Source of the DNA: Candidatus Binatia bacterium
GTDB taxonomy: Bacteria; Desulfobacterota; Binatia; UBA9968; CAXXLF01
Direction: 5' to 3'
Length of the DNA: 64,000 nt
Assembly: GCA_963664015.2 (NCBI GenBank)
Contig: CAXXLF010000002.1
Coordinates: 1,376,001-1,440,000, forward strand
Shown: in pieces, positions 21,509 through 34,634 of the stretch
How positions within the stretch are numbered: the stretch's first letter is position 1
Layout of the letters: the number at the start of each line of letters is the position of its first letter
Translations under genes and position numbers: made by a program
The notes under the pieces: generated by a model
Databases searched by the model: none
What the model was told of the DNA's origin: nothing
The model's input: only the letters and a program-made list of their open reading frames with translations

Positions 21509-21826
21509 CTAATCGAGGGACTCATTGCAGCGGCGACAGATCCGAGTTTTTTTACCATCAGCCAGTGTCTTGTGACCCATACGCACCGGGGCGTTGCACT
21601 TGTCACACATCATCATCAGGTTCGAGAGATGAATGGAGGCTTCCTTCTCTACGATTCCTCCCGGCTGCTGCGGCCCCCGCGGCCGCGTGTGCCGCTTGAC
21701 CATATTAAGCCTCTCGATGATAGCCCTATGCTTTTCCGGAACAACCTTCAAGACCTTTCCCGTGGACCCCCGCTCCTTACCAGCAATGACCATGACACTG
21801 TCATTTTTACGTATATGCAAAGCCAT
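21509..21826 (-). CDS. rplX: 50S ribosomal protein L24
   Basis: D.V.VIAGKE.G..G.V (KOW), GGIVEKEA.IH.SN. Confidence 0.97.
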   Translation of the reverse strand: MALHIRKNDSVMVIAGKERGSTGKVLKVVPEKHRAIIERLNMVKRHTRPRGPQQPGGIVEKEASIHLSNLMMMCDKCNAPVRMGHKTLADGKKTRICRRCNESLD

Positions 21827-21827
21827 G

Positions 21828-22199
21828 TTAAATCACCTCAGGCGCCAGGGATATAATCTTCATAAACTTCTTTGCTCGAAGCTCACGTGCCACGGGCCCA
21901 AAGATACGCGTTCCCACGGGCTCCCGCTGGTTGTCTATGAGCACCGCCGAGTTGTTGTCGAACCGAATGTAGCTTCCTTCGGGACGACCCACCTCCTTGG
22001 CAGTCCGAACAACCACGGCTTTCATAACAGCCCCCTTCTTAACCTTTGAATTAGGAATGGCCTCCTTGATGGAAACCACGATGATGTCACCGATGGAAGC
22101 ATACCTACGTTTGCTCCCACCCAGCACTCGAATGCATTGGACCCGTCGGGCTCCCGAATTGTCAGCAACGTCCAGTACTGTGCTCACTTGAACCATCAT
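21828..22199 (-). CDS. rplN: 50S ribosomal protein L14
   Basis: [25 protein letters not shown]. Confidence 0.98.
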   Translation of the reverse strand: MMVQVSTVLDVADNSGARRVQCIRVLGGSKRRYASIGDIIVVSIKEAIPNSKVKKGAVMKAVVVRTAKEVGRPEGSYIRFDNNSAVLIDNQREPVGTRIFGPVARELRAKKFMKIISLAPEVI

Positions 22200-22219
22200 T
22201 CCACCTCATCACAAATAGC

Positions 22220-22513
22220 TTAAACGGTAGGAGTAGCCACCGGCTCTGCCTCTACGGCAACAGCCCGCTCCAGGACCCGACGGACGCGCCAACGCTTGTC
22301 ACGGCTCATGGGTCGACATTCCACAATCAATACGCGGTCCCCGATATGACATTCGTTTTTCTCGTCGTGTGCCTTAACGGTGGTCCGGCGTTTGAGGTAT
22401 TTTTTGTATTTCGGGTGAATGACGATCCGACCAATGGTTACCACCACGGTCTTATGCATACGATTGCTCGCCACCACACCTTCACGTTCTTTTTTCAATC
22501 CTGCCTGATTCAT
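22220..22513 (-). CDS. rpsQ: 30S ribosomal protein S17
   Basis: M.KTVVV, HPKYKK, AHDE, ECRP.S..KRW. Confidence 0.97.
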   Translation of the reverse strand: MNQAGLKKEREGVVASNRMHKTVVVTIGRIVIHPKYKKYLKRRTTVKAHDEKNECHIGDRVLIVECRPMSRDKRWRVRRVLERAVAVEAEPVATPTV

Positions 22514-22728
22514 TTCGAATTCGCCTCGACACCGGATATTGTTTTTTCTCTCAAGATAGTTTCCAAACGCGCAAGGTCGCGTCTGGCCTGCCTCATCTTC
22601 ATGGAGTTTTCCAGCCTTCCCGCAGCCCGGTTCAGCCGCAGATGGAATTTTTGCTCCTTGAGTTCACGCCGCTTCGCCGCCAACTCATCCACATTCATCT
22701 CACGAAATTCCTTGGCATCCATGATCAT
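22510..22728 (-). CDS. rpmC: 50S ribosomal protein L29
   Basis: FHLRL...[13 protein letters not shown]; position in S10 cluster. Confidence 0.95.
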   Translation of the reverse strand: MIMDAKEFREMNVDELAAKRRELKEQKFHLRLNRAAGRLENSMKMRQARRDLARLETILREKTISGVEANSK

Positions 22729-23135
22729 ACTCCCCGGTGCACGAAATGCGTGATTACAGAAATCTTGTGCGAGGCCAGGCGAAAAGCTTCACGGGCCACC
22801 TCCGCCTGCACACCTTCCATTTCAAATAGGATCTTCCCCGGCTTGATCACGGCAACCCAAAGCTCCAGAGCACCCTTCCCTTTACCCATACGGGTCTCGG
22901 CGGGCTTCTTTGTCAGCGGTTTGTCAGGGAACACGCGACACCAGACTTTACCGCCGCGTTTAAGAAAACGGGTCAACGCCACACGAGCCGCCTCGATCTC
23001 CCGGGCACTGATCCAACCCCGCTCCATGGCCTTTAAACCAAAATCGCCAAAAGAGAGAGAAGAGCCCCTCATGGCCATCCCGGCTCTGCGACCCTTTTGC
23101 ATTTTACGGTATTTAACTTTCTTTGGTTCTAACAT
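22725..23135 (-). CDS. rplP: 50S ribosomal protein L16
   Basis: [27 protein letters not shown]. Confidence 0.98.
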   Translation of the reverse strand: MLEPKKVKYRKMQKGRRAGMAMRGSSLSFGDFGLKAMERGWISAREIEAARVALTRFLKRGGKVWCRVFPDKPLTKKPAETRMGKGKGALELWVAVIKPGKILFEMEGVQAEVAREAFRLASHKISVITHFVHRGV

Positions 23136-23145
23136 ATTAAAAGCT

Positions 23146-23219
23146 CCGAGTACCGAACCCTGAGGACTGGGTCTCCGCTCTCATGACTCATCGCTCAGCA
23201 CTTGTAACTCAGTACTGGG
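23146..23219. repeat. Heptamer inverted-repeat hairpin (CTGAGTA/TACTCAG type)
   Basis: CCGAGTA CCGAACC CTGAGGA CTGGGTC ... GACTCAT CGCTCAG CACTTGT AACTCAG TACTGGG. Confidence 0.6.
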
Positions 23220-23222
23220 TGG

Positions 23223-23885
23223 CTATGTTCCCAATGCAGCCTTCTGCTGCTCTTCCTCCTCCGTAAGCACCTCGCCACGGAAGATCCATACCTTGACCCC
23301 AATGACACCGTAGGTGGTCTGGGACTCGGCCAAACCGTAGCTTATGTCGGCACGCAGAGTATGCAGGGGGACTCGTCCTTCGCGATACCAATTGGTACGA
23401 GCAATTTCTGCCCCACCCAATCTCCCCGAGCATTGAACCCGTATCCCCTGCGCGCCCATGCGCAACGCACGGGATACGCTTTCCTTCATGGCTCGACGAA
23501 AAGCCACACGCCTCTGCAACTGCAAGGCGACGTTTTCCGCCACAAGTTGGGCATCCAGATCGGGCCGGCGCACCTCGTGAATATTGATATAGATCTCTCC
23601 ACCCACCAACTGACCGAGCTCTTCCTTCAGTTTTTCAATCTCGGCGCCCTTCTTCCCGATAACAATCCCCGGACGCGCCGTATGGATGTTGACCTTTGCC
23701 TTATTGGTAGCCCTTTCGATCTCGATTTTGGAAATTCCAGCGTGATAGAGCCGTTGCTTCAAAAACTTCTTGATCTTTAAATCCTCATGCAACAGACGCG
23801 CATAATCTCGGCCTGCGTACCACTTGGAATCCCACGTATCGATCACCCCGATACGAAAAAGCTTTGGATGTGTTTTTTGGCCCAT
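23223..23885 (-). CDS. rpsC: 30S ribosomal protein S3
   Basis: [37 protein letters not shown]. Confidence 0.98.
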   Translation of the reverse strand: MGQKTHPKLFRIGVIDTWDSKWYAGRDYARLLHEDLKIKKFLKQRLYHAGISKIEIERATNKAKVNIHTARPGIVIGKKGAEIEKLKEELGQLVGGEIYINIHEVRRPDLDAQLVAENVALQLQRRVAFRRAMKESVSRALRMGAQGIRVQCSGRLGGAEIARTNWYREGRVPLHTLRADISYGLAESQTTYGVIGVKVWIFRGEVLTEEEEQQKAALGT

Positions 23886-23890
23886 ACCCG

Positions 23891-24226
23891 TTATATCCTC
23901 TCGTCAATAACCACCGTTACGTGGCTGAGGCGCTTCCTCACACGCGTGGCTCTTCCCTGAGCCCGTGGCATAAAGCGCTTCCACATGCCGCCCTCGTCTA
24001 CTTTGACCTGCTTTACGTAGAGACGGTCCACATCCACGCTTTGCGTGTTCTCCGCATTGGCAATCGCCGATCGGAGCAGCTTGGCCACAAGGGCCGCCGA
24101 ACGCTTGGGAGTAAATTTAAGGATGTTGAGCGCTACTTCAACTTCCTTACCACGGATCTGGTCCACCACGAGCCGCACCTTCTGGGGCGAAATCCGCTGG
24201 AACCTGGTCTTTGCTCGTGTCTCCAT
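23891..24226 (-). CDS. rplV: 50S ribosomal protein L22
   Basis: [27 protein letters not shown]. Confidence 0.98.
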   Translation of the reverse strand: METRAKTRFQRISPQKVRLVVDQIRGKEVEVALNILKFTPKRSAALVAKLLRSAIANAENTQSVDVDRLYVKQVKVDEGGMWKRFMPRAQGRATRVRKRLSHVTVVIDERI

Positions 24227-24237
24227 AACCGGGCTCC

Positions 24238-24525
24238 CTACCCCATCCCCTTTGATTTCCCCTTGCGGTCTCCCGCATGCCCGTAATGCACTCGCGTCGG
24301 GGAGAACTCACCTAGTTTATGCCCGACCATATTCTCGGTAATATATACGGGCACAAACTTCTTACCATTATGCACAGCGATGGTGTGGCCAATCATGTCC
24401 GGCGTCACCGTCGACCGCCGCGACCAGGTCTTGAGCACCTTTCGGTTTCCACTGTTATTCATGGACTCGATCCGCTTGCTCAAGTGGTCGTCAACGAAGG
24501 GTCCTTTTTTAACTGAACGTGGCAT
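24238..24525 (-). CDS. rpsS: 30S ribosomal protein S19
   Basis: [23 protein letters not shown]. Confidence 0.98.
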   Translation of the reverse strand: MPRSVKKGPFVDDHLSKRIESMNNSGNRKVLKTWSRRSTVTPDMIGHTIAVHNGKKFVPVYITENMVGHKLGEFSPTRVHYGHAGDRKGKSKGMG

Positions 24526-24528
24526 GGA

Positions 24529-25353
24529 TCAGGCCTTTCCCCGTCTTCTAACAATATATTTGTCCGATGCGTGGGACTTCCGCGTCTTAAAACCCTTGGT
24601 CGGTTTACCCCAAGGGGTCATCGGATGGTTTCCCTTTGAACGCCCCTCGCCTCCGCCGTGTGGGTGGTCGACCGGATTCATAGCCACACCGCGGGTCACC
24701 GGCCGCCGTTGCATCCAACGGACCCTTCCGGCTTTACCTATGGTGACATTTTCGTGTTCCAGGTTGCCCACCTGTCCGATAGTGGCTCGGCATTCCACCC
24801 GAACTTTTCGAAGTTCACCGGAGGGCAGCTTCAGCAATGCATAGAACCCTTCTTTGGCCATCAACTGGGCACCGCCGCCGGCACTTCGTACCAGTTGGCC
24901 CCCCTTGCCGATCTTCAGCTCGATATTGTGGATCACCGTACCCACAGGGATAAATTTCAACGGCAAGGAATTCCCCGGTTTGATATCGACTCCCTCGTTC
25001 CCGGTAATAATCGAATCTCCACGTTGAAGTTTATCCGGCGCCAGGATGTAGCGTTTCTCACCATCAGCGTAGCAGAGCAGCGCGATCCGCGCCGAACGGT
25101 TGGGATCGTACTCGACGGCCTCGACCCGTGCTGGGATGAACTTGTCACGCCTGAAATCGATGACCCGGTATAGGCGCCTGTGCCCACCTCCTCGATGGGC
25201 GGTGGTCATCCTCCCCCTGTTATTCCGACCCCCACTTCGCCCCAGTGACTCGATCAGCGCTTTCTCCGGTTTCGTCTTCGTGATTTCTTCGAAGGTGAAT
25301 CCGGTCGCGAGACGTCTGCCGGGAGTTGTCGGCTTGTATCTTTTAATTCCCAT
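24529..25353 (-). CDS. rplB: 50S ribosomal protein L2
   Basis: [25 protein letters not shown]. Confidence 0.98.
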   Translation of the reverse strand: MGIKRYKPTTPGRRLATGFTFEEITKTKPEKALIESLGRSGGRNNRGRMTTAHRGGGHRRLYRVIDFRRDKFIPARVEAVEYDPNRSARIALLCYADGEKRYILAPDKLQRGDSIITGNEGVDIKPGNSLPLKFIPVGTVIHNIELKIGKGGQLVRSAGGGAQLMAKEGFYALLKLPSGELRKVRVECRATIGQVGNLEHENVTIGKAGRVRWMQRRPVTRGVAMNPVDHPHGGGEGRSKGNHPMTPWGKPTKGFKTRKSHASDKYIVRRRGKA

Positions 25354-25396
25354 TATTCTTCATCCTTAGACATTCGGGGTCACTCCTTGAAACGCT

Positions 25397-25687
25397 CTAG
25401 GCACCTCCAAAGAAGTCTATTTTGTCTCCCTCTTTGAGGGTGACATAGGCCTTTTTCCACTGGGGTAAGCGTCCCATGCTCTTGCCCACACGTCGGATTT
25501 TACCCAGATACCGGTTGACTCGTACTTTAAGAACCGTAACTTTGAATAGCTCCTCTACGGCCTTTTTAATTTCGATCTTGTTGGCGTCAGGGCGCACCTT
25601 GAACAGCACCTGATTGGATGACTCGGCGAGCTGAGAGCCTTTCTCCGTAATCAGAGGCGCTTGGATGATGTCGACTGACTCCCTCAT
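25397..25687 (-). CDS. rplW: 50S ribosomal protein L23
   Basis: PLITEK, ANKIEIK.AVE.LF.V, WKKAYVTL; ATG at 25687. Confidence 0.96.
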   Translation of the reverse strand: MRESVDIIQAPLITEKGSQLAESSNQVLFKVRPDANKIEIKKAVEELFKVTVLKVRVNRYLGKIRRVGKSMGRLPQWKKAYVTLKEGDKIDFFGGA

Positions 25688-25761
25688 TGGGTCACCTTCA
25701 AACCTGAATCTACTCGCAGGGCCAAACCCAGCACTATAGAACACACATCTAGCGCCATCGT

Positions 25762-26385
25762 TTACTCCTTGACCTCAGCCTTTCCCTGGCTCGGGGCCAG
25801 CCTTTCCCCAATGGCTTTCAGCGCCCCTTCCGTCAGGATCAAATGCTTGTATCGAAGGATATCGTAGACATTCAACCCTGCAACGCGGAGCACCTTGACT
25901 GCCGGCAGGTTACGCGCCGAGCGCTCGATTTTTTCGTTTGCCGCTTCAATGACGATAAGAGCGCTGGCCACCCCAAGATCCTGGAGGGCCTTGTGCATAA
26001 TCTTAGTTTTGATTTCCTCGGGTTCCAGTTTGGCAACAACAATACAATGCCCCTCGTGGACTCGGAGACTCAAAGCCGTCATCAAGGCTTCTCTACGTGC
26101 CTTCTTGGGCAGTCGATAGCTGTAATCCCGGGGCAGCGGGCCAAACGTGATTCCCCCACCGGTCCAGATTGGAGAACGAACGCTTCCAACTCGGGCCCGG
26201 CCGGTTCCTTTTTGACGCCAGGGTTTTCTTCCGCTGCCTTGGACCATCCCTCGTGTTTTGGTCGACGCAGTCCCTGCTCGGCGGCTGTTACGCTGCATGA
26301 GCACGGCCTGATGCAAGAGAAACGGTCTGATCTTGACACCGAAGATACTCTCCTGCAGCTGGGGCTGTACCACCGTGACTTCCAT
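25762..26385 (-). CDS. rplD: 50S ribosomal protein L4
   Basis: KPWRQKGTGRAR.GS.RSP.W.GGG..FGP.PR. Confidence 0.97.
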   Translation of the reverse strand: MEVTVVQPQLQESIFGVKIRPFLLHQAVLMQRNSRRAGTASTKTRGMVQGSGRKPWRQKGTGRARVGSVRSPIWTGGGITFGPLPRDYSYRLPKKARREALMTALSLRVHEGHCIVVAKLEPEEIKTKIMHKALQDLGVASALIVIEAANEKIERSARNLPAVKVLRVAGLNVYDILRYKHLILTEGALKAIGERLAPSQGKAEVKE

Positions 26386-26387
26386 CT

Positions 26388-27023
26388 CTACTTTCCTTTC
26401 ACTGCCCGGCGAATCAGAACGATGCCCCTCTTTGCGCCAGGGACCGCGCCCCTGACCAACAAAAGATTGTTGTCCACACGGATGTCAATGACTTCAAGGT
26501 TTTGAACCGATACTCTTTCATTGCCGTATTGGCCTGCCATCTTTTTCCCTTTAAATACCTTTCCCGGATAAGAGCGATTTCCGATGGAACCCCCGTGGCG
26601 AAAATACTCGTGGGTCCCGTGGGAGCCCGGGAATCCAGCGAAGTTCCAACGCTTCATCACCCCGGAAAAGCCCCTACCCTTAGAGGTCCCGGTCACATCA
26701 ATGAGGTCTCCGGTCTGGAAGAGGTCAGAGACCTTAATCTCCTGACCGACCTCGTAAGATGCGGAATCCTCGAAGCGAAACTCGCGCAAAATCCCAAAAG
26801 CGCCTTTACCCGCTTTGCCCACATGGCCCTGCTCGGGCTTGTTAACCCGCTGGGGCTTTTTGGGGCCGTAACCCAGTTGCAAGGCCTCATAGCCGTCTGT
26901 ATCGGCGGCCTTTTTCTGAATGACAACGCAGGGACCAGCTTCAATGACAGTCACGGGAACAAGACTGCCATCGGCTCTGAAGATTTGGGTCATCCCAATT
27001 TTTTTTCCGATTAAACCGGTCAT
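26388..27023 (-). CDS. rplC: 50S ribosomal protein L3
   Basis: [23 protein letters not shown]. Confidence 0.98.
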   Translation of the reverse strand: MTGLIGKKIGMTQIFRADGSLVPVTVIEAGPCVVIQKKAADTDGYEALQLGYGPKKPQRVNKPEQGHVGKAGKGAFGILREFRFEDSASYEVGQEIKVSDLFQTGDLIDVTGTSKGRGFSGVMKRWNFAGFPGSHGTHEYFRHGGSIGNRSYPGKVFKGKKMAGQYGNERVSVQNLEVIDIRVDNNLLLVRGAVPGAKRGIVLIRRAVKGK

Positions 27024-27057
27024 ATAAGCATCTTTGATTTTAGATTTTAGGTTTCTC

Positions 27058-27366
27058 TCACTGTAATTTTATTTCCACATCCACACCCGCAGCCAAGTCC
27101 AGCTTTCCTAGCGCATCGATGGTCTGCTGAGTCGGCTCCAGGATGTCCAGGAGTCGCTTATGGGTGCGAATCTCGAACTGTTCCCTGGACTTCTTGTCTA
27201 CGTGGGGAGACCGGTTAACCGTGAAGCGTTCGATCCGTGTGGGCAGGGGGATAGGACCCGCAACCCTCCCACCGGTTCGTCTCACGGTCTCAACAATCTC
27301 TCCAACGGACTGGTCTAGGACCCGATAGTCGTAAGCTTTGAGTCGAATTCGTATCTTTTCGTTCAC
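27058..27366 (-). CDS. rpsJ: 30S ribosomal protein S10
   Basis: [28 protein letters not shown]. Confidence 0.98.
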   Translation of the reverse strand: MNEKIRIRLKAYDYRVLDQSVGEIVETVRRTGGRVAGPIPLPTRIERFTVNRSPHVDKKSREQFEIRTHKRLLDILEPTQQTIDALGKLDLAAGVDVEIKLQ

Positions 27367-27392
27367 TGCAAATCCTCAATCGTAACCCGCCG

Positions 27393-29474
27393 TTAAGCTC
27401 CGGCGGCTTTGGCACTAATTTCCTCAGAGATGGCCGCAGGCACCTGATCATAATGGACGAACTGCATCGTGTAGTTCGCCCGCCCCTGGGTCATGGACCG
27501 TAAATCCGTAGCGTAACCAAACATTTCCGACAAGGGCACTTGAGATTGGATCACCTGGGCCGAGGAACGAGGCTCCATCCCCAGGACCTTGCCCCGGCGT
27601 GAGTTGATGTCACCAATCACGTCCCCCATAAACTCCTGCGGAACCACCACCTCCACTGCCATAACAGGCTCCAACAAAACGGGTCGCGCCCTGTGCGTCG
27701 CCGCCTTAAAGGCCATCGAACCGGCGATCTTAAAGGCGATTTCGGAAGAGTCAACCTCATGATAGCTGCCGTCGATCAGCTTGACGCCCACATCAACCAT
27801 GGGATAGCCCGCCATGGTACCGACCTCCATGGCCTCGCGGATACCCTTCTCCACAGCCGGGATATATTCCCTGGGAATGTTCCCTCCCTTGACGGCATCC
27901 ACAAACAGGAAACCTTCCCCCGGAGCTCTCGGCTCAACTATGATCACCACATGCCCATACTGACCTCGGCCGCCAGTCTGGCGTATAAACTTGTGCTCCT
28001 GCTCCACCGACTTGCGGATGGTCTCTTTATAAGCAACCTGAGGCCGCCCGACGTTGGCACCGACACTAAACTCCCTAAGTAGCCGGTCCACAATTATCTC
28101 GAGGTGCAGCTCTCCCATTCCGGAGATAATGGTCTGTCCGGTCTCCTCGTCGGTACGGACCCTGAAGGAGGGATCCTCCTTAGCGAGTTTCTGCAATGAG
28201 CCCCCCAGCCTTTCCTGATCCATTTTACTCTTGGGCTCAATAGCAATGGAGATGACGGGATCGGGGAACTCTATGGCTTCGAGAATAATAGGGGAGGATT
28301 CGTCACAGAGGGTATCCCCCGTGGTTGCGGTCTTGAGACCTACCGCAGCGGCGATATCGCCGGCGTAGACTTCCTTGATCTCCTCCCGCTTGTTCGCGTG
28401 CATCTTCAGGATACGCCCGACCCTCTCTGTTCGGTCCTTGCCCGAATTGTAAACATAGGAGCCTGCAGCCAGGACGCCCGAGTAAACCCGGAAAAAGGCC
28501 AGGGTCCCCACAAATGGATCGGTCATTATCTTAAATGCCAAAGCCGAAAAGGGCGCATCGTCACTAGCCGGACGTTGCTCGGTCTCACGAGAGACAGTAT
28601 GAATTCCCTCCACCGGCGGCACGTCCAAAGGAGAGGGCAGATAGTCGACCACGGCATCCAACAAGGGCTGCACCCCCTTGTTGCGAAAGGCCGCACCGCA
28701 TACGACCGGGACAAGCTCCAGCTTGAGACCGGACTTACGAATGGCCCGGCGCAGATCATCCTCGCCAATCTCCTCACCCGCAAGATATCGTTCCATGATG
28801 GGCTCATCGAAGTCGGCCACCGACTCTAACAGCTTTTCGCGGTATTCCTCCGCCTGGGCTTTAGCGTCATCGGGGATCTCGGTGGTCGTAAAATTAGCTC
28901 CCAATTCAGCCTCGTCCCATACAAGGGCTTTCATCCGCACCAGATCAATAACCCCCACAAATGCATCTTCGGCGCCTATAGGGATCTGCAGCGCCAGCGG
29001 CTTGGCTCCCAGGCGATCTTTCATCATCTGGAGCACCCTGTAGTAATCGGCGCCGACGCGATCCATTTTGTTGACAAAGGCGATCCGGGGAACCTTATAC
29101 TTATCCGCCTGGCGCCACACGGTTTCCGACTGGGGCTCAACCCCTGCCACCGAATCAAAGACGGCCACGGCACCATCCAGGACCCTGAGCGATCTCTCCA
29201 CCTCAATAGTAAAATCCACATGGCCTGGGGTATCGATGATGTTAACTCGATGTTCGTTCCACATGCAGGTCGTTGCAGCGGAGGTGATTGTAATGCCGCG
29301 CTCCTGTTCCTGCTGCATCCAGTCCATGGTGGCCGTACCGTCGTGGACCTCACCGATTTTGTACGTGATCCCCGTATAATAGAGGATCCGCTCCGTCGTC
29401 GTGGTTTTACCAGCGTCGATGTGGGCCATAATCCCGATATTACGGGTTTTATCTAATGCGACCTGCCTAGCCAT
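27393..29474 (-). CDS. fusA: Elongation factor G
   Basis: [31 protein letters not shown]. Confidence 0.98.
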   Translation of the reverse strand: MARQVALDKTRNIGIMAHIDAGKTTTTERILYYTGITYKIGEVHDGTATMDWMQQEQERGITITSAATTCMWNEHRVNIIDTPGHVDFTIEVERSLRVLDGAVAVFDSVAGVEPQSETVWRQADKYKVPRIAFVNKMDRVGADYYRVLQMMKDRLGAKPLALQIPIGAEDAFVGVIDLVRMKALVWDEAELGANFTTTEIPDDAKAQAEEYREKLLESVADFDEPIMERYLAGEEIGEDDLRRAIRKSGLKLELVPVVCGAAFRNKGVQPLLDAVVDYLPSPLDVPPVEGIHTVSRETEQRPASDDAPFSALAFKIMTDPFVGTLAFFRVYSGVLAAGSYVYNSGKDRTERVGRILKMHANKREEIKEVYAGDIAAAVGLKTATTGDTLCDESSPIILEAIEFPDPVISIAIEPKSKMDQERLGGSLQKLAKEDPSFRVRTDEETGQTIISGMGELHLEIIVDRLLREFSVGANVGRPQVAYKETIRKSVEQEHKFIRQTGGRGQYGHVVIIVEPRAPGEGFLFVDAVKGGNIPREYIPAVEKGIREAMEVGTMAGYPMVDVGVKLIDGSYHEVDSSEIAFKIAGSMAFKAATHRARPVLLEPVMAVEVVVPQEFMGDVIGDINSRRGKVLGMEPRSSAQVIQSQVPLSEMFGYATDLRSMTQGRANYTMQFVHYDQVPAAISEEISAKAAGA

Positions 29475-29489
29475 AACACTTTATCGAGG

Positions 29490-29520
29490 AAAAAAAGGAG
29501 GCGGTTCGACCGCCTCCTTT
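29490..29520 (-). terminator. Intrinsic terminator-like hairpin between rpsG and fusA
   Basis: Minus strand GGAGGCGGT-CGA-ACCGCCTCC followed by T7. Confidence 0.75.
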
Positions 29521-29556
29521 GTCTTCCCCTGTCTTTCGCAAAATCCTTAGAGTCTC

Positions 29557-30404
<848 letters not shown>

Positions 30405-30452
30405 AGCAAAATTACAACCAGTCTAGCTGTCTCCCTTTCTAGGCAATCCCGC

Positions 30453-30482
30453 AATGTACAGGGAAAACCTATGGAATGTCAA
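30453..30482 (-). promoter_or_regulatory. Putative sigma70 promoter for rpsL
   Basis: Minus strand TTGACA-18 nt-TACATT upstream of rpsL. Confidence 0.5.
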
Positions 30483-30487
30483 CAAAG

Positions 30488-33400
30488 TCAGGCCACCTCA
30501 GAATCAGTAATTAACGTTTCTTCTAATTCGGGTTCCTCTACCTCGAGTTCTGTGCTGGCATATTCGGCCAAGCCGGTTCCCACCGGAATCAATTTCCCCA
30601 TGATAACGTTCTCTTTTAGACCGATTAGGGGATCGACTTTTCCCTGGATGGCTGCCTCGGTCAGAACCTTGGTAGTTTCCTGGAAGGAAGCCGCCGAGAT
30701 AAAGCTACCGGTGGAAAGCGAGGCTTTGGTGATACCGAGGAGGAGAGGCTCAGCCACAGCGGGCTTTCCCTGCTTTGCCATGACCCTTTGGTTTTCCTCT
30801 TCAAAAAACCACTTCTCCGCCTGTTCTTCGATGAGAAAGTCCGTGTCACCGACCTCCTTGATACGCACCCGGCGCAGCATCTGCCGAACGATCACCTCGA
30901 TATGTTTATCGTTGATTCTTACGCCCTGAAGCCGGTAAATCTCCTGCACCTCATCGACGAGGTACTTGGCCAGGGCCTTTTCGCCCAGGATATTCAGAAT
31001 GTCATGGGGATTGGACGATCCCTGCATGAGGGCTTCCCCAGCCCGCACCCGGTCCGCCTCGTGAACACTGATATGCTTACCTTTTTGGATCAGGTATTCT
31101 CTGGGCTCGCCCACATCGGGGGTAACCACAACCTTTCGCTTGCCCTTGGTATCCTTTCCGAACGAAACCACCCCATCGATCTCGCTGATAACGGCAAACT
31201 CTTTCGGTTTGCGGGCCTCAAAGAGCTCTGCCACCCGGGGCAAGCCACCGGTGATATCCTTGGTCTTGGTGGTCTCCCGCGGGATCTTGGCCACCACGTC
31301 TCCTGCTGCAATTTCCTGCCCGTCATGGGCATGGAGATGGGCACCCACGGGTAAAAGGTACCGGGCCTCGGTGCTCTGGGACAGACGGCCGGTCTTTCCT
31401 TGTTTGTCCTTGATGGAGATCCGGGGACGCTTGTCCACGTCCTTGAAGTCGATGACGACCTTGGTAGATAACCCGGTGCGTTCATCCACCCGTTCCTCCA
31501 TGGTGGCACCTTCGATAATATCTCCGAACTTCACCACTCCGCTTATCTCGGTGATGATGGGAACCGAAAAAGGATCCCATTCGGCGAGCAACTCACCGAC
31601 CTTCACTTTACCGCCGTCCTTTTTCTTCAATTTGGCACCATAGACCACCGGGTAGCGCTCGCGCTCACGCTCTCTCCCCTTATCCTTACCCTCCGGATAG
31701 TCCACGATCGCCACTTCACCGTTCCGGGTCATGACTACAAAATCACCCGCCTTGTCGGCAACTACGTTGAGGTTGATATACTTAATGAAGCCATCATTAC
31801 GAGAATCAAGGGTCGTCTGCTCCGCCCTGCGGCTCGCAGTGCCACCGATGTGAAAGGTCCGCATGGTGAGCTGGGTCCCGGGTTCTCCGATGGACTGGGC
31901 CGCAACCACACCGATGGCTTCCCCGTGGTTGACCATGTGGCCACGGGCAAGGTCACGGCCGTAGCACATCACGCACACACCCCGCCTCGACTGACAAGTT
32001 AATACCGACCGGATCTTGATGCGCTCCATGCCCGCCTCTTCGATCTTCCGTACCAGGTCCTCATCGATCTCTTGGTTGGCTTTGACGATGACATCGCCAC
32101 TGAACGGATCCTTCACGTCCTCCAGGGCCACCCTGCCCAGGACACGATCCCCCAGGGGCTCTATGATCTCGCCGCCTTCCATCAATGGGGTGATTTCGAT
32201 CCCATCGAAAGTCCCGCAGTTATCCTCGGTGATTATTGAGTCTTGCGCCACATCCACGAGCCGCCGGGTAAGGTAGCCCGAGTTGGCGGTCTTCAACGCG
32301 GTGTCGGCCAACCCCTTACGGGCACCGTGGGTAGAAATAAAGTACTGCAATACGGTCAGGCCTTCACGAAAGTTTGCCGTAATAGGGGTCTCGATAATCT
32401 CCCCCGAGGGTTTTGCCATCAGACCCCTCATGCCCGCGAGCTGACGGATCTGCTGGGCACTGCCCCTCGCCCCCGAGTCGGCCATCATGAAGATGGAATT
32501 GAAACTGGGGATGGTGATCTTCTTGTTGTTTTCGTCGGTCACGACCTCGGTGCCTAGATCGTGCAGCATCTCGTCGGCAATTCGATCGGTTACCTCCGCC
32601 CAGATATCCACCACCTTGTTGTAACGCTCACCATCGGTGATGAGACCGTTCTTGTACTGATCTTCGATCTCCTTCACATCCGTATAAGCGCTCTTCAGCA
32701 GCTCTGGCTTGCTCTCGGGGATCATCATGTCCTTGAGCGCAATGGAAATGCCCGCCTTGGTCGCGTGCTCGTAGCCGATGTCCTTCAGCTTGTCGGCCAA
32801 AATGACCGTGGCCTTGCTGCCCGCCAAGCGGAAGCTCAAGTCAATGAGATTTCCGAGTTCCTTCTTTTTCAATACCCGGTTGACCTCACTGAAGGGGATC
32901 TCGGAAGGAACGACCTCGGAGACAATGACCCGACCAACCGTGGTGCTGATTCTTTCCCCCTTGATTCGGACCGTGATGGGCGCCTGGAGTGAAACCTCGT
33001 CGTGGTCGTAGGCGATACGAACCTCTTCAGGACCGAAAAAGACCGAACCCGACCCTTTGGCCTTCAGCAGCTCCCGGGTCATGTAATACAAGCCCAGGAC
33101 GGTGTCCTGAGTGGGAACGATGATTGGTTTTCCATTGGCAGGTGACAGAATGTTGTTGGTGGACATCATCAGTGCCCGCGCTTCCACCTGTGCCTCTACG
33201 GAAAGGGGGACGTGGACGGCCATCTGATCGCCGTCAAAATCCGCGTTGAACGCAGCACAAACCAGCGGATGGAGCTGGATTGCTTTACCTTCAATCAAGA
33301 TGGGCTCGAAAGCCTGGATGCCCAGACGGTGCAGGGTCGGAGCACGATTGAGCAGGATCGGATGCTCACGAATAACTTCCTCCAGTATGTCCCAGACCTC

Positions 33401-34618
33401 CGGACGCTCCTTCTCCACCACCTTTTTGGCGCTCTTGATGGTCGTGACGAGCCCCCGCTCTTCGAGCTTGTTGTAGATGAACGGCTTGAAGAGCTCCAGT
33501 GCCATTTTCTTGGGCAGTCCACATTGGTGTAACCGCAGTTCGGGACCGACAACGATAACCGAACGACCGGAGTAGTCGACCCGCTTGCCCAAAAGGTTTT
33601 GCCGGAAACGGCCGGTCTTCCCCTTGAGCATGTCGCTCAACGACTTTAATGGCCTGCGATTGGGGCCGGTGATCGCCCGACCTCTGCGACCATTATCGAA
33701 CATGGCGTCCACGGCCTCCTGCAGCATCCTCTTCTCATTTCGGACGATGATGTCTGGGGCGCTCAGCTCCATCAGCCGCTTCAAGCGATTGTTACGGTTA
33801 ATCACCCTGCGGTAGAGGTCGTTCAAGTCAGAGGTGGCGAATCGTCCGCCGTCCAACGGTACCAGGGGACGCAAATCAGGTGGGATGACAGGCACGGCCT
33901 CCAGGATCATCCACTCGGGACGATTGCTGGAGTTTTTAAAAGCGTTGACAACTTTCAGCCGTTTGGCCACTTTCTTACGGCGAACCTCCGAATTGGCATC
34001 ACGCATTTCGAGCCGAAGCTCTTCTGACAGCTTGTCGATATCGATGGCCGACAGCAGCTTACGAATGGCACCGGCTCCCATCTCGGCAGTAAAGTTGGCG
34101 CCGTACTCTTCAATGGCCTTTCGGTAGCGCGCCTCGGTGAGCAACTCCTGGTTCTGTAATGGGGTAGAACCGGGATCAGTTACCACATAGGACTCGAAAT
34201 AGAGAACCTTCTCCAGGTCCTTGAGCGTCATATCCATTAGGTTCCCGATACGACTTGGCAGGCTTTTCAGAAACCAGATATGGGCTACCGGCGTGGCCAG
34301 TTCAATGTGGCCCATTCGCTCGCGCCTGACCTTGGATTGAATCACTTCGACACCGCACTTCTCACAAACCACACCCCGGTGCCTCATTCTCTTGTACTTG
34401 CCACAATTGCACTCGTAGTCTTTAGTTGGGCCAAAGATCTTGGCGCAAAAAAGACCGTCGCGCTCTGGCTTGAAGGTCCGGTAGTTAATTGTTTCCGACT
34501 TTTTTACCTCCCCATGGGACCAGGAGCGTATTTTCTCGGGTGAGGCCAGACCAACCTTGATAGCGTTAAAGTTCAGCGGATTCTTTGGCTTTTCAAAAAG
34601 ATTAAAGAGTTCTTCCAT
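30488..34618 (-). CDS. rpoC: RNA polymerase beta' subunit
   Basis: [12 protein letters not shown], Zn-finger cysteines, ASFQETT. Confidence 0.99.
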   Translation of the reverse strand: MEELFNLFEKPKNPLNFNAIKVGLASPEKIRSWSHGEVKKSETINYRTFKPERDGLFCAKIFGPTKDYECNCGKYKRMRHRGVVCEKCGVEVIQSKVRRERMGHIELATPVAHIWFLKSLPSRIGNLMDMTLKDLEKVLYFESYVVTDPGSTPLQNQELLTEARYRKAIEEYGANFTAEMGAGAIRKLLSAIDIDKLSEELRLEMRDANSEVRRKKVAKRLKVVNAFKNSSNRPEWMILEAVPVIPPDLRPLVPLDGGRFATSDLNDLYRRVINRNNRLKRLMELSAPDIIVRNEKRMLQEAVDAMFDNGRRGRAITGPNRRPLKSLSDMLKGKTGRFRQNLLGKRVDYSGRSVIVVGPELRLHQCGLPKKMALELFKPFIYNKLEERGLVTTIKSAKKVVEKERPEVWDILEEVIREHPILLNRAPTLHRLGIQAFEPILIEGKAIQLHPLVCAAFNADFDGDQMAVHVPLSVEAQVEARALMMSTNNILSPANGKPIIVPTQDTVLGLYYMTRELLKAKGSGSVFFGPEEVRIAYDHDEVSLQAPITVRIKGERISTTVGRVIVSEVVPSEIPFSEVNRVLKKKELGNLIDLSFRLAGSKATVILADKLKDIGYEHATKAGISIALKDMMIPESKPELLKSAYTDVKEIEDQYKNGLITDGERYNKVVDIWAEVTDRIADEMLHDLGTEVVTDENNKKITIPSFNSIFMMADSGARGSAQQIRQLAGMRGLMAKPSGEIIETPITANFREGLTVLQYFISTHGARKGLADTALKTANSGYLTRRLVDVAQDSIITEDNCGTFDGIEITPLMEGGEIIEPLGDRVLGRVALEDVKDPFSGDVIVKANQEIDEDLVRKIEEAGMERIKIRSVLTCQSRRGVCVMCYGRDLARGHMVNHGEAIGVVAAQSIGEPGTQLTMRTFHIGGTASRRAEQTTLDSRNDGFIKYINLNVVADKAGDFVVMTRNGEVAIVDYPEGKDKGRERERERYPVVYGAKLKKKDGGKVKVGELLAEWDPFSVPIITEISGVVKFGDIIEGATMEERVDERTGLSTKVVIDFKDVDKRPRISIKDKQGKTGRLSQSTEARYLLPVGAHLHAHDGQEIAAGDVVAKIPRETTKTKDITGGLPRVAELFEARKPKEFAVISEIDGVVSFGKDTKGKRKVVVTPDVGEPREYLIQKGKHISVHEADRVRAGEALMQGSSNPHDILNILGEKALAKYLVDEVQEIYRLQGVRINDKHIEVIVRQMLRRVRIKEVGDTDFLIEEQAEKWFFEEENQRVMAKQGKPAVAEPLLLGITKASLSTGSFISAASFQETTKVLTEAAIQGKVDPLIGLKENVIMGKLIPVGTGLAEYASTELEVEEPELEETLITDSEVA

Positions 34619-34634
34619 CGATCAACCTCCTACC

